Shown here in pieces: positions 34,124 to 46,776 of a DNA stretch of 64,000 nt; position 1 is the stretch's first letter; the number at the start of each line of letters is the position of its first letter. The DNA lies in IMG/VR virus record IMGVR_UViG_3300045125_000071, positions 186,001 to 250,000 of that record; one strand, 5' to 3'. The notes beneath the pieces are model-generated. The model did no database searches. It was given only the letters and a program-made list of their open reading frames with translations, and had not been told where the DNA came from. The position numbers were made by a program, and so were the translations under genes.

Positions 34124-34250
34124 ATGGCTAAAAGTAAAAGTGTAAGTGAGAAAACAAAGATTTCTTTTGGCAAGAGAAAAGAGGTAGGGTCGCAAGTCAT
34201 ATAATAAACATGACAGAAGCGAAAGAAATTATAACGGTCAAGGTCGTTGA
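34124..34250 (+). CDS. Small basic protein ending YNGQGR (one extra G), missed by ORF track
   Basis: TATTTAT at 34107, then MAKSKSVSEKTKISFGKRKEV/GRKSYNKHDRSERNYNGQGR*. Confidence 0.65.
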
Positions 34251-34476
34251 TTCCCCATAAGTGAATCTTGTATTTCATATTGCTTCTGAATCATAAAATC
34301 TATCTTTTGACTCATTGAATCCAATTTTATGTTTGTTAATTCCAACTGCTTTTCAACTGATGCTGAGTTAGAATGTGAATTTACTTTAACAACATCATTT
34401 ATTTTCTTGAGCATAATATAAAAAAATATGATTGTCACAATGATTGCAACAAAAAATTCGATATATTTTTGATTTT

Positions 34477-35145
34477 TCATGGTTTGAAGTTATCTAAACT
34501 TAGAGATGTGTTCACATTTTTATAGAATAGATATAAAAGATAAAAAATTATGATAATAGCACTTGTAATGACACCAGCGGTTGCTCCACGCATTATATTA
34601 TCACCGATATTAATTCCACTTTTTTCAATTTCTTCTTTGTTCTTTATTTTCTTTTCCATTCTTTTTTGTTCTATTAGTTGATATTCTTCATCCTGTTCAA
34701 AAATTTCAGGATTATTAACAACGGTTTTTAAAAGAGCCTTATTAGTTAGTTCGTTGAAAAAATATTCATTATTATGACAAGAGACTATGGCATTATAAAT
34801 CAATTCACTATCATCACTTTTTGTTAAATAAGAATTAGCACCAAGACTCATCATTCTACTAACCATACTTGTTTGATTATGCATGGATAATATGATGACT
34901 TTGATATTTCGATACTCTTCATTAGATTTCAATATTGGTAGTACCGCCATACCATCCATATTTGGCATGTTGATATCCAGCAATATCACATCTGGTTTTA
35001 TGTTTCTCAATTTATACAATAAATCGGAACCATCAACGGCCTCACCAACAATTTGAATATCATCCTTGGTTGATAATGCCATTTTAACACCTTGTCTAAA
35101 TAGGGTGTGGTCATCACAAATGAAGACTTTAATCGGACGATTCAT
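34477..35145 (-). CDS. NarL-type response-regulator receiver domain with C-terminal TM helix, no HTH
   Basis: ICDDHTLFRQG, VILLDINMPNMDG, ILSMH, GANSYLTK; C-terminal GVITSAIIIIFYLLYLFY. Confidence 0.85.
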   Translation of the reverse strand: MNRPIKVFICDDHTLFRQGVKMALSTKDDIQIVGEAVDGSDLLYKLRNIKPDVILLDINMPNMDGMAVLPILKSNEEYRNIKVIILSMHNQTSMVSRMMSLGANSYLTKSDDSELIYNAIVSCHNNEYFFNELTNKALLKTVVNNPEIFEQDEEYQLIEQKRMEKKIKNKEEIEKSGINIGDNIMRGATAGVITSAIIIIFYLLYLFYKNVNTSLSLDNFKP

Positions 35146-35189
35146 AATTAACCCAATTATAGACGGTAAAGATAGGGTAAAGTATTCAA

Positions 35190-35816
35190 TTAATAAAATT
35201 TTATTTTAGGGAATAGGATATTTTCCATAAAATAAGTTGCGGAGACCTCGCCAATCTTCTTTTTCAATACATTATATGTCCTGGGATTTTTTGATTGGAT
35301 TTCACAGTAATTATTCTGAATCTCAATGATTTTCCTATAATCACCAGTCTCTTTTATATTCAAAATTTCATTAATATACCAACTATACTTTGATATTGCC
35401 CAATTGCAAAATCGTTTTAGCTCATCCATTGATGATGGTTTAATCAATATGAACCTATCGCTAAAAACAGTTGCCCATTCTGGTAATGGTTTCCTTTCAT
35501 CCCAACTAACACCCTCATCAAAGGGGTAGCTTTTGAGACCAGGACTTAAATCCATGTAAGCACCAATTGGGTTGTTATCACTTATAATGACATCAAATCC
35601 AAAAATAGGTTCTGACTCAATGGTGTGGAAATGTTGTTATATGAAGAACATCGACTTTGGAATCTGTGTATCTTTCAACATGTGCCATCCTAAAGATGTC
35701 AGATTTGAAACGATAATTACTCCACCCATAATCTTCAGTTGTTAATTCAACAACATTATTTGTTGCATTGATTACGTCTAAAAACTGTAAGAAACATCAT
35801 CTAGAAAATTATACAT
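35190..35816 (-). CDS. Ferredoxin-dependent bilin reductase (PcyA/PcyX-like; frameshifted)
   Basis: YGWSNYRFKSDIFRMAHVE, VLHITTFP, PIFGFDVI, MDLSP, LPEWATVFS, QNNYCEIQSKNPRT, FMENILFP. Confidence 0.8.
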
Positions 35817-36351
35817 TGATTGTTTTTTTGTGCAATTTTTCGAATATATCAATTATAAAATCATAACCTTTATTAACCTCATCGGCCCATTCATCTTTCT
35901 GTCGCTCTCTTATGATTTTTATAACTTCTTGACTATTTTCAAAATCGTACATTTTACCTGACCCTGGAATTTTAGACTTCATCATTTGTCCACCAAACAA
36001 CAAAGCTAAATAATTTAAATAAACATGGGGCCAAATTGTTTCTTCATCCAATGTAGATAGATAATTACAATAACTATCAGCAATTTTTGTTTCTTGGTCT
36101 ATGATATTATTTTGGTTATTACCATTATAGTACGCAAGATTCATTTCTACAATATCCTGATATATTTTACCTGACCTTAGAAATTCATTCGGTAAAAGAA
36201 TGATACTTTCTATTTTTTCGAATATCTTATGTTGTGATTTTAAATATTCTAAGTATTGTAATTGAGTTAATTTGCCATCAAACATGATGAGATTGAATGG
36301 CATCCTTTCAGCTAACTTATGTTTTATTGCGGTAGCTTCTCTTAAATTCAT
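35809..36351 (-). CDS. Heme oxygenase
   Basis: LREATAIKHKLAE (proximal His), HVYLNYLALLFGGQMM, WADEVNKGYDF. Confidence 0.8.
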   Translation of the reverse strand: MNLREATAIKHKLAERMPFNLIMFDGKLTQLQYLEYLKSQHKIFEKIESIILLPNEFLRSGKIYQDIVEMNLAYYNGNNQNNIIDQETKIADSYCNYLSTLDEETIWPHVYLNYLALLFGGQMMKSKIPGSGKMYDFENSQEVIKIIRERQKDEWADEVNKGYDFIIDIFEKLHKKTINV

Positions 36352-36599
36352 TAAAAGAATTTACTTCCCTCATTTTATATTGGTTAACAATCTGTTTCGG
36401 TATATAACTTCTACCAAACATATCTAATTTTTCAATTGGTTTTCCAGTTTTAATTATTTCCTGAGCTTTAACTTTATTTGTCACAAAACCAACAATTTCA
36501 TACTGAGCATTAAAACCGATTAACTTTCCATTATCTGTCAATAACTCCTCTATTAAATATATTTTCTTCATAAAATCCGATTATTATAATAATAAGAAA

Positions 36600-36933
36600 A
36601 AAATTTGAAAAAACAAAATTTTTTAATTATTTTTATTATCGAATTTTCTAATTGGTGAATTATTATTTTTTGGTTAGGTTGTTTTGGTGTATAAACCTTT
36701 CTTGGTTCTTTTTTAATATATGGTTGTTGTATTAAAAAATCAAAAGGTACATATGGATACCCATAATAAAATTGAGGAAAGAATTGTCTTTCCCAAAACA
36801 TTTGATTCCTGTAATTGTATTCTTCAAAAATATTTCTTGGATTGGAATAATACACATCGTCAGGATAATATTCTTTAGTTGTTACACAACCAACATTAAC
36901 CAATAGAAAAATGAATAATATATACTTTTTCAT
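36600..36933 (-). CDS. Putative lipoprotein
   Basis: MKKYILFIFLLVNVGC lipobox-like start; TATTTAT 4 nt upstream. Confidence 0.5.
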
Positions 36934-37899
36934 ATTAATAAATATGGTCAACTAAGTCAAATATTATTTCCAAAATATTTTGGTCATTAACTTTTTTACC
37001 GCTTTCATCTGTTACAGTATAATCAACCATATTTTCACCAGTACCATGTTGCTCAAACTCATCATAAGTGTATTTTTTACCATCTATGCTTATTTCATAA
37101 ACACGATATGTTGTTTTTGATTCATAATGATTAATAATTTTTGCGTTCATATTATTATTATTTAATCCCACCAGGAGCGAATATCAGAACCATCAAAATT
37201 TTTATAATTATACTCAGTTTTTTTGTACCTCTGATAATATCCCATAATTCTTCCCATTCCATTTCTTTTAATCTCTCTGCTCTGAGATATATTCTACGAT
37301 TATAATCAACATCGTCTGGATTGTTATCGTTAGTAAAAATATTAATTTCTTTGAGTTCACCCATTTCTTTCTCCGCTTTTTCGATATAATGGAACTCATC
37401 AATATTATTTAATATTTCTACTGCCCTCCGCATTTTTTTTAACTTCAGGTTTTTTGTCTCAGGTATTTCCATACCTCTTTTATCGGTTTCTTTCTCCATT
37501 AAAACCAAACAACGAGAAAACATTTGTAATGTATATGAATAATCCCACCATTGGAAATTCATTAATTCTTTTCTGAAAAGCCAAATATTTCTAAAGAAAT
37601 TTGGTATATCGTATCTAAAATAATGATACAATTTATACCACCAGGTTTCGTGCATTTTCAATTTTTCTAATGACTTAAAAAATGTGTCTGCAAAAGTGAT
37701 TCGCATAATTAATCGTTTTCGAGTTCGAGTTGTGATTCATTAAATATGTGTAACATACCATTATCCCTCATTTCAGCAACAACCCTGGTTTCACCAGATG
37801 TTGTTTTAAAGATTGCAACAACAATACCTGGGAATTTATAACCTTTTGGTTTATAAACCTTGTCTCCTACCTTGAATTTGTAATTATTTTCCATATTTT

Positions 37900-39353
37900 T
37901 TAATTTGTGTAAACATATACGCAATCAATTGCCCTTGACATTGCAACATACTTTAATTGTTGTTCAACTTGTTTATCGCTGAACCTTTTAATCGTATCTT
38001 CAAGAACAAAAACTCTACTGTAAGTTCCGCCTTGTGATTTATGAATGGTATGTGCATAACCATAACCCAATGTTTGCTTTATTTTATTTTTTCCAGAAAC
38101 ATCTTTGATGTTTTTCATAAATGCTAATTGTGATTCAATCATTCTAGCTTCTTTAAAACAAATCATCGCCTTATAATAATCTTTATCTTTCATAAATTGG
38201 CCACCCATTCTATTTTTATCCGCAATAGCTTCAACAAATAATTGTATTTTATCATTACTTTCATTATTATCAACAACAAAAATATTTTTGAAACTATCCT
38301 CATCATTCATAAGGTTTTTAAGAATAAGATAAAAACCAGAAAATTCAACATACTCATTTTCTATTTTTACATTTTTAGTACCCTTATTAACTTCATGGAC
38401 CAGATAATCACCACTATTGATTATCAAGGGTTCTTTTGTATCATAATCAATATCAAAATTATTATAACCCATCAATATATCGTTGACAACAATTTGTTCA
38501 TCTGTTTGAAATAATACATTTCTCACATAATCGTTTAAACTGTTTACACCAGAATTAGTACCAGATAAAATCCTGAAAAAACAATTTATTTTCATTGAAT
38601 TCTTTAGATTTAAAATTCTCATTTATGATTTTTCTAGCACTATCCGAATCATTCACATAATGAACACTACCATTATCTCTAATATCTGTTATGTAAGAAA
38701 AATCACCACCTAACCTTAAAATTGTAGATTCTTTTAAAATTGGATTATCGCCAGTTCTTTCAACTTTGGTCAATTGTATTTTTTTACCTTTTCTAAAAAC
38801 TGGTGAAACATCAGAATCTTTTACAGGTTTAAGTTGTGCGGGGTCACCTACATATATGATTTTAATTTTATACTTCGTTTTTCCAAGTTTCCAAAAATCC
38901 ATATAAAGATTCTGACACCATGGAAGATTCATCAACTATTATAATATCTCCACGTTTAATTTTTTGGTTTATTTTTTTGCGAATTCTAAATCCTTAATAT
39001 CGTAATCACCATTTTCAAATTTTAATATCTGGTGCTAACCCAAATAAAGAATGTAGTGTTATTACTTGAGCACCAGGATTTTTCATTTTAGTTACGGCAT
39101 TTGCCCTATGCGTTGGACTTGTATAATATTTTTTTACTTTACGGTGTTGTAGGTATTGGTCAAACAACGCAATAATTGTTGTTTTTCCTGTGCCAGCATA
39201 ACCCAAAAGTGTTATTTGGTTATCAAATTTTTCAGGATTTTCAATAAATTCTTCTAATTTTAATAACGCGTTTTTTTGTTCATCATTTAAACCAAATGAT
39301 AAATTTATGCTAAAACCATTTTTAAATTTGAATACATTCTTATTTTTTGCCAT
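37900..39353 (-). CDS. dda: Dda/RecD-like SF1B helicase (frameshifted)
   Basis: GYAGTGKTT, SPTHRA, IVDESSM, VGDPAQLKPV, LTKVERT, YAHTIHKSQGGTY, YVAMSRA. Confidence 0.85.
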
Positions 39354-39357
39354 AGTT

Positions 39358-39388
39358 AAAATATAATAAAAATTTACTCAAAATCAAA
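39358..39388 (-). promoter_or_regulatory. Bacteroidota-type promoter (near-consensus)
   Basis: TTTG-N19-TATATTTT immediately upstream of the helicase. Confidence 0.5.
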
Positions 39389-41257
39389 ATCTTTTTGGTC
39401 TTTGTAAATTTCTTTTAAATAATGATTTGTTTTACTGTAAACTTCTTTTATATCATTTTGAAACTCGTCATATGTTTTTTCTTTACAACAACCACATTCT
39501 TCAAAATCTAAAAAATACATAGATGATTTATTTGAATAACAAGTACCAGTCCGACCATCATACCAATCACTACCTACTTTATAAATTGGGAATCTAGCAC
39601 CATTTTTTCATCAAATCGGTATTCGATTTTTTCTATCGTACTTTTATTATATCCACCCAATGAGTTTTGGCCCATTGATGTGTAACTATCCATGTATACA
39701 ACATCACCTACTTGTTTACTTTCCATTTTTTCTTTTCTTTTTATACTCAACGGTACCTGCCGTTCCAATGAACGCACCGATTAATGCGGGTATCAATAAT
39801 GATTTATCCTCAACGTAGTTTGTGGTGACCACCGCACCAGCCAACATAATACTTGCTGACCATATTCCAGCTGCAATCGATTTTCTTTCTTCGACTTTCA
39901 TGAAATAAACAGTCCAACATACATCTGTTAGAATCATCGCAAACATTACAATAAAAAACTTAATAACGTAATCCATATTTAATTTATTATATTAATTTCA
40001 GCTTCTGTTTCAATCACCACTCTAGCACCACAAGATAATAATGGTTTGGAGTCACAACCTGGTCCACCATAAATGATTCTGCTTGGACCCAATATCTCAA
40101 CTTCATTACAATAGATATTCTTTCTTCCTTGTTTGATTGTTATCACTGGAAGATTTGTGTCCTTTGTTTTATTGGACCTTATGTTATGCTGATTGACATG
40201 AATTCGTGTTTTCATATTTTATAACCACATTAATGCAAGACATAACATTATAAAAAAACAATTGTAAAACCGAATGATAGCCATACTAAAAATTGAAATA
40301 TTTCTATAACCCTATTCAAAAATCCTAATTTATTTTGTTTAGAAATGACTAACAATCCAGTACAAACGGACATTAAAATAAAACTAATTATAAGTACCGT
40401 TGACGAAATTTTACTTGCTAATAAAAGTATTTCTTTCATAATTTTTATTTTTTAGGTTCAATATAATCAATTCTTGTTATCCTATGTGGTGGTATATGTC
40501 TATACGCTATATTAGCGCTATATTCTTCTTTGGGTAATTCATATGAAAAACCAGTTCTAAAAACATTATCAATAAACATTTTTCTTTCATCGTAATTATT
40601 TACCCTATTAAGGTTAACCTCATACCAGTTTTCTCGGTTGTAATCTTCTTGGTAATATATGTAATAGCGAGCGGGATAATATTTTTCTTGATTTTCCATA
40701 TTTTTGCGTTAATCAATAAAAATTACACAATTTTTTTTGTTTTTCCAAATTTGGTAGGTGTTTTTTTCTACCAAACAATACATACATCTACGAGTTCCTG
40801 ATATGAGTCCCATAACTTATGATTTAAGGTCTTCTTCAATTATATTGACCATCTCATCAAAAGAAACATTTTCGTTCTTCTGCCAATTTTTTTATATAAT
40901 CCTCACTTAGTTGAATATACGATGCCTTACTGTTTCTATTTGAATCTTCGATTAGTTTACTTGCTTCGAGTAGTTTTGATACTAATGATTTTTGATTATT
41001 CATAAACTTCTATTTTTTTGTTTTTTTCATTTTCAATATATGATTTTAACTTATTAATACACACCTTTACTTTACCATCGATGTCAATAACTGTTGGATT
41101 TTCTAATGCCCGTAAAAAATCATGTATTGTTTCTTCTGTTATGTTTCTTTTAATATATTTAATCCCATCATAAAGATGTTCCGCAGTATCAATATAATCA
41201 GAAGTTTCTAATATATTAAGGATTTCCAAAATAGTTTCTCGCCTTTTGCTATTTTCG

Positions 41258-41627
41258 TTATTCATAAACTTCTATTTTTTCTCCGTTGTATGTCTAATGT
41301 GATTTGTTTGGTTGGAATTTTATACGGTGTATTATCCACATTACTTGGAATCATGATACTGGATAAGAGTCCGTATTTCTCTTTCCATATAGGAAGCGCA
41401 AGTTGATATCGCTCATCCAAACTCAACTCTCGTTCTTCAATTTTTAATCCCCATCTATCGGAGAAGCCTTTATCGGTTTTGATTTTGTTGATGAATTCAT
41501 CTTTTGTTAATCTCAAACCAATTTCTGTCATTTTTTCTTTTGACATATTTGGTAAAATCTTCGCATCTTCTATTAAATAAATCCAATAAACCTCATCAAT
41601 GATTTGGTTGTATCGTTCTTTACTCAT
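41258..41627 (-). CDS. KERYNQII-family protein
   Basis: KERYNQIIDEVY...EFINKIKTD..FSDRWGLKIEERELS...IPTKQITL...KIEVYE (last part frameshifted). Confidence 0.65.
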
Positions 41628-43550
41628 AACTTACATTTTTACTCTTTATATTTGTTTGCTAAATAGGTTTTATCCTCACCATCCCAACATATCTTGTCGA
41701 TATAATGTGGTCCGAACCATTCGTGTCTGCCATCGATTTCTACACGATACCCAGTGCTCCATATCTTCTCCGCATGTTCTCTCGCTTTCTCTGCGGAGTC
41801 AACATCGTATGTGAACACGTTTCCGTTCTTAAAGTAAATGTACATTTTCATGGTTGAATATTTTATTTTTTCCGTGATTTTATTTATCAGTCAAAACAAA
41901 GTGTACCATCGGTATTTTTTTATCGTTGACATATACTATAACAGTATCTGTTTTTATTGTTTTATGGTTATGTGATTGAAACTCTACTCTATACTTTACA
42001 ATATCTATAAAATGTTCGACCATTTCTGTTGAAATATTTTCGTATTCAAAAAAGTATGGTCTGTTGATATACATCGACCAACACTAAATAATTGTTCAAC
42101 GACATGATTAACAATTCGAGTTGTTCTACCAGTTTGTCTATTATTTTCCATAATTTTTTATTTAATCTTTTAATAACTCTAATACCCTTTGCTTCAGTTC
42201 TTCAAACTCCATATCTGTATGCGGGCGTTGGAAACACTCAAATTTAACCCCACCCCCCGTAAATTCATCCGCAGTTACTAAAATGTGATAATCTTCCGCA
42301 AGGGGGGATTTGTTTAATTTTTCCGAATACGCCTCTATTATTTCTAAATTACTTTTGGTAATCTTACTATAAAAATTGGTTTGCTCATGGTTTTGTTTTG
42401 ATTTTAAATTAAAAAGAGTACTCTCGCACTATAGTATCCTCCCCTATTTTATTGTTAAAAGTATCATTGTGTCTCATGTATAATCTTTTCAGCCTCTGCA
42501 ATATCTTTTGGGAATGAAGATAAATAGGATATAACATTTGTCAAAATTGTATTTCCTCCAATATCCTGCCAAACTTCACTTACTGTTGATTCGTACTGAT
42601 TATCTAGCGTGTACACTTTACTTGAGGAATGAAGACTGTACATTTCTTTGCTTCAATCGTGTATTTTTTCTGAATAATTCTGTATTCCATAGTTTATCAT
42701 TTAAAAGGTATATTAATAACTAATCCGTGTTTCATATCCATTATCTATTTTCATAAACTCATCAATCTCTGCCTAGGATAATTCTTAGGAAATGCACAAA
42801 ATTTTGTTGCAGTTGGAGCCATATTTTGAATGTTCTCCTATCCTCTTTGTCAAGATTAACATGATTGGTTCATTGGATGTGTCATATATTTTATTGCCGA
42901 TTTTTACTTTCATAATTTATTGTTTTTATTTAAATCTTCGAATTGGTTCTTTTTTGAAGAAAAACCCAACTACATCAACATAAGGAAGTAGTTCTTTGTC
43001 TCCTTCAATTGTTGTGTTTCCTTTACTAGCCTTCAACATTATTATTTTGAATCCAAATTTATTGGATAACCACTTGATGAATTTTACGTGTACTCTATTC
43101 ATTTGTTTTTTAATTTATTTTATTAACAACAGGAAAAATTCCTTCATGTCTCAAGTACTCATAGTTTTCCATCTCTTCGGGTTTATCAATTGGCATTTGA
43201 ACCAAATTAACTGATGTTTCATTGTATTCAAGTAATGTCATCGTCATAACGTATAAGATTCCTTTATTGTTTTTATGTTCTAATTGTTCTTTAAAATGAG
43301 AAAGGTTTAATGTTTCCATGATTTTTAATTTAATTTTCTTTTTTAACTATCTCGTACTCTTGAGTCTCATCATCATCATCACTCAAACATTTTATTTCGA
43401 TTCCGAAATTTTGTTTGAGAATCCAATTAATTGTATCCACCACTTCCCATGGTGTGTAATCAGTATTAATTTCAAATTTGTTTTTTTTCATGATTTTTTA
43501 ATTTGTTTGTTAATAAATGTATCAAATATATTTGTAATTACCAAATTTAC

Positions 43551-44381
43551 CTATATCGCAATTTCTAAAGGTGAAACAATTTTTAGAATATTTTCGGTTC
43601 CTAAAATATCAAAATCATTTATTGTGTAATCATAGAAATTTTTGTTCTCTTTCAACATTAATTTTGGTTGTACATTCATTGGTGTTCTATTTAATACCTC
43701 ATTAAGTGCATCAAAATGTCTGTCATATATGTGAAGATTTTGAACCAAATGACAAAATTTACCAACCCTATACCCACAATGTCCAGCAACCATCATTTGC
43801 AATGCGACATATTGAATCTTGTTTATATACCCCGCGACCAAGTAATCGTTGCTACGTTGAATCAATGTCATATCTAATATTAAACCATCATTATCTTTTC
43901 TGACCGAAAACATAACCTCGTATGCACAAGGAAACAAACCTTTTGTTTCAGACAAATCATGGTATTGAAACATGTTTATGATATGTCTTCTACCGAATGG
44001 GTCATCAACTAAACCTTTTAACTTTTCATCAATTAAGTTATATCTACATATTGTTGCACCGTACCTTTGTCCGATTGTGTCATCACCAATATTCCATTCA
44101 TCCCACCAATTAATACCCATTTCTCTTGCAACTTTAAGTGAGGATGTTTGTTTTTGGTATATCCAAAATATTTCTTTGATTCCAGTTTTGATTGCAGTAT
44201 TTCTTAGTGTAGGAATTGGATATTCACCTTTTGATATATCATATTCTTCGAATACTCCAGTGATAAACTTAGAGTGTGCTCGAATACCGTCAGGATATTT
44301 TGCTCTTGGATTTTCATCGAAACAGCCTTCGTTGATAATTCTGTTGAGATTATCAATATAATACTTGTCTGCTTTATTCAC
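43551..44381 (-). CDS. thyA: Thymidylate synthase
   Basis: IGQRYG, RRHI, LFPCAY, QRSNDY, NKIQY, NLHIYDRH. Confidence 0.95.
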   Translation of the reverse strand: MNKADKYYIDNLNRIINEGCFDENPRAKYPDGIRAHSKFITGVFEEYDISKGEYPIPTLRNTAIKTGIKEIFWIYQKQTSSLKVAREMGINWWDEWNIGDDTIGQRYGATICRYNLIDEKLKGLVDDPFGRRHIINMFQYHDLSETKGLFPCAYEVMFSVRKDNDGLILDMTLIQRSNDYLVAGYINKIQYVALQMMVAGHCGYRVGKFCHLVQNLHIYDRHFDALNEVLNRTPMNVQPKLMLKENKNFYDYTINDFDILGTENILKIVSPLEIAI

Positions 44382-45237
44382 GATTTAAAATTTTATACTT
44401 CCATTTATATCCACCCGCAGTTTCGGCTTTACCCATACAAACATTACCAATATTTAAAATTTTTGTTTCATTTATTGCGTGAGATATACTTTCCCAACTT
44501 TTTATATAATTTCCAAATAAATCGTATTGGTCTACAGGTTTTCTTTTTCGATTCAGCATTTTTACATGGTATACCTTTCTTTATTTTGGATAGTGTTTCT
44601 GAAAATCCTTTTGGCTTAGGTTTTCTCATTTTTTGTTTGGTTTCCTCCGATAATTTCCTTCCTTTGAATGCGTTTTTAATTTTTTCCTTTGCTTCGGGTG
44701 AATGTGTCCATCCATTTTCCATTTTATACTTTTGATACTCGGATATTTTAAGTCTCCATTCTAAATGTCTTCTATTCGCTTCTTCCTCGCCATACTTCTC
44801 TACCCACAAAGCATACCTACCTTTTTTGTTAATGGTGTACCAATTTGTTTTAATGTATCTGATAATTTTTTTATTTGGTTTTTTCTCCTCTCTATTGCTT
44901 CTTCTTCCCCATATTTAGAAACCCAATAATTATATATTCCATTTTTTGCTATTTCATGTCCAATTTTTCTATCTCCTTCCTTACTACCTTCACTAATGTT
45001 ATAGCCAGATTCTCTGTCAGTACTATTATAATATTTTATCCAATATACCTCTCTTTCATTTAAATGATTTTCATCAACACATTCTTCTAATATATCTTTT
45101 TTAAAATTTTCTCTTCCATATTTTTTTATTGCCTTTATTAGTTTCAAACCACTACCATAATATGATGGATTGTTATTTTTATCTTGTCCAATGTAAATTT
45201 TTCCATCAATTAAATTTGTTGTTTTATAGATAATCAT
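44374..45237 (-). mobile_element. Free-standing GIY-YIG homing endonuclease (Seg-like) with NUMOD3/NUMOD1 tail; three track ORFs are one gene
   Basis: IIYKTTNLIDGKIYIGQ...YYGSG...EREVYWI...GYNI; HSPEAKEKI, LSEETKQKM; KPVDQYDL...TAGGYKWKY. Confidence 0.85.
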
Positions 45238-46776
45238 AGTAAATTATTTACTATAAATATCTTTCTATCTTATTTATTCTACATAATCCTATCTTTTTTT
45301 GTTATATAAACAATGGTCCTATCCTTTTTCGTATTTCCGAATCGTAGGATGTGTTCAACAAGTTCTAAATACTGACGGTCGATGTTATTATTCATATTCA
45401 ATTTCAAATGTATCGGGGTTAATGTATTTAATTTTTTTATCACCAGTTAAATCAACCATCTTATCATCAGGTATTCTATTTTTAATGATTAAATCTTTTA
45501 ACTCCTGTGATATATCAGGATTATTTAGAATTTCATCACGTAACTCTTCGTGTTTACGTGCTAATTCAGCTCCTTTCTCTATTAGTTTATCTATGTTATT
45601 CATTTTCGTTTTGTTTATTTATTAGTTGATAATTTAATTTATTGACGTAATAGTTATCATCACCATACCCATATTTAATTCTTGCTTCTTCAGCTTCTTT
45701 ACTTGTATTGAATGGCGCAAGTATTACTACATTCTTGTCTTTTCCGTGTCTCGGTTCTTTTTCATAAACCGCGTATTGTTCGCTATTCATTTTCGTTTTG
45801 TTTTAGCTTTAATAGACTTCATTAATGATTTGGTTGTATCTTTCTTTATTCATATACCATATTTTATTGTGTACAACATTGATTGAAGTTGGTATTTACT
45901 AATGTTATTGTCAAAAATTCTCCAATTACCAGAAGAATTATCAGAAGTGTCTAATTCAGCAACAACATCGCCATAAAAATAACTACAATTATTTTTTTTA
46001 TTGTATATTTCTACGGCTTGCTTTTTATTTTCAGCTTCTATTAACTGTCCATCAGTGTAATAAATTTCAGGAGATTCCATCAATCCTTCGCATTGCAATG
46101 CGACTATGTACTTACTTCATAAACTTCTGTAAGATTTTTTATGTTTATTAACCAATATTTTTCCCCGCTTTTACAACCAAAAACCGTTTCCTTTATCCTC
46201 AACACACGTTACCACTTTTCCATTAGGTTCTAAATCGGGTCTTAAAGAATCCCATGATGACTGCACTATAAATTTTTTACCAATATTACTCATAAACTTC
46301 TATTTTTTCGTCTTTGTGTGTTAGACTTATTTGTTTGGTTTCGATTTTTAATACCCTATTTTAGTTCCTCTAACTATATACATTACTTCATTCATGACCC
46401 TACCATCGATTATGGAATTTTGTCTTTCTTCTATGATTTGATAAACATGAGTATAATTTTTATTTATGAAATCCTCCAATTCTTCTTTCACTCTTGAAGG
46501 GTCTTCCATTTCTGAATAAGTTTTGGTTAAATCATATTTCCTCAAAATGGTATTTTATGCATAAAAACTGAATATCTATTCTTTTTGTAAATAAAATGAT
46601 GTGAATTTACAATTTCAATAGTTAGTGATAATTTATCCAACGGAATTATGTATCTCCATGATTTATGAATATCATCAATTTTAAGGGTTCGTGTTTCACA
46701 AAACTCATCAATTGATTCGTGCCACAATTGCCCCATATATCCACGCCAAGATTCTGTCCTTTCTTTTATAAATTCG

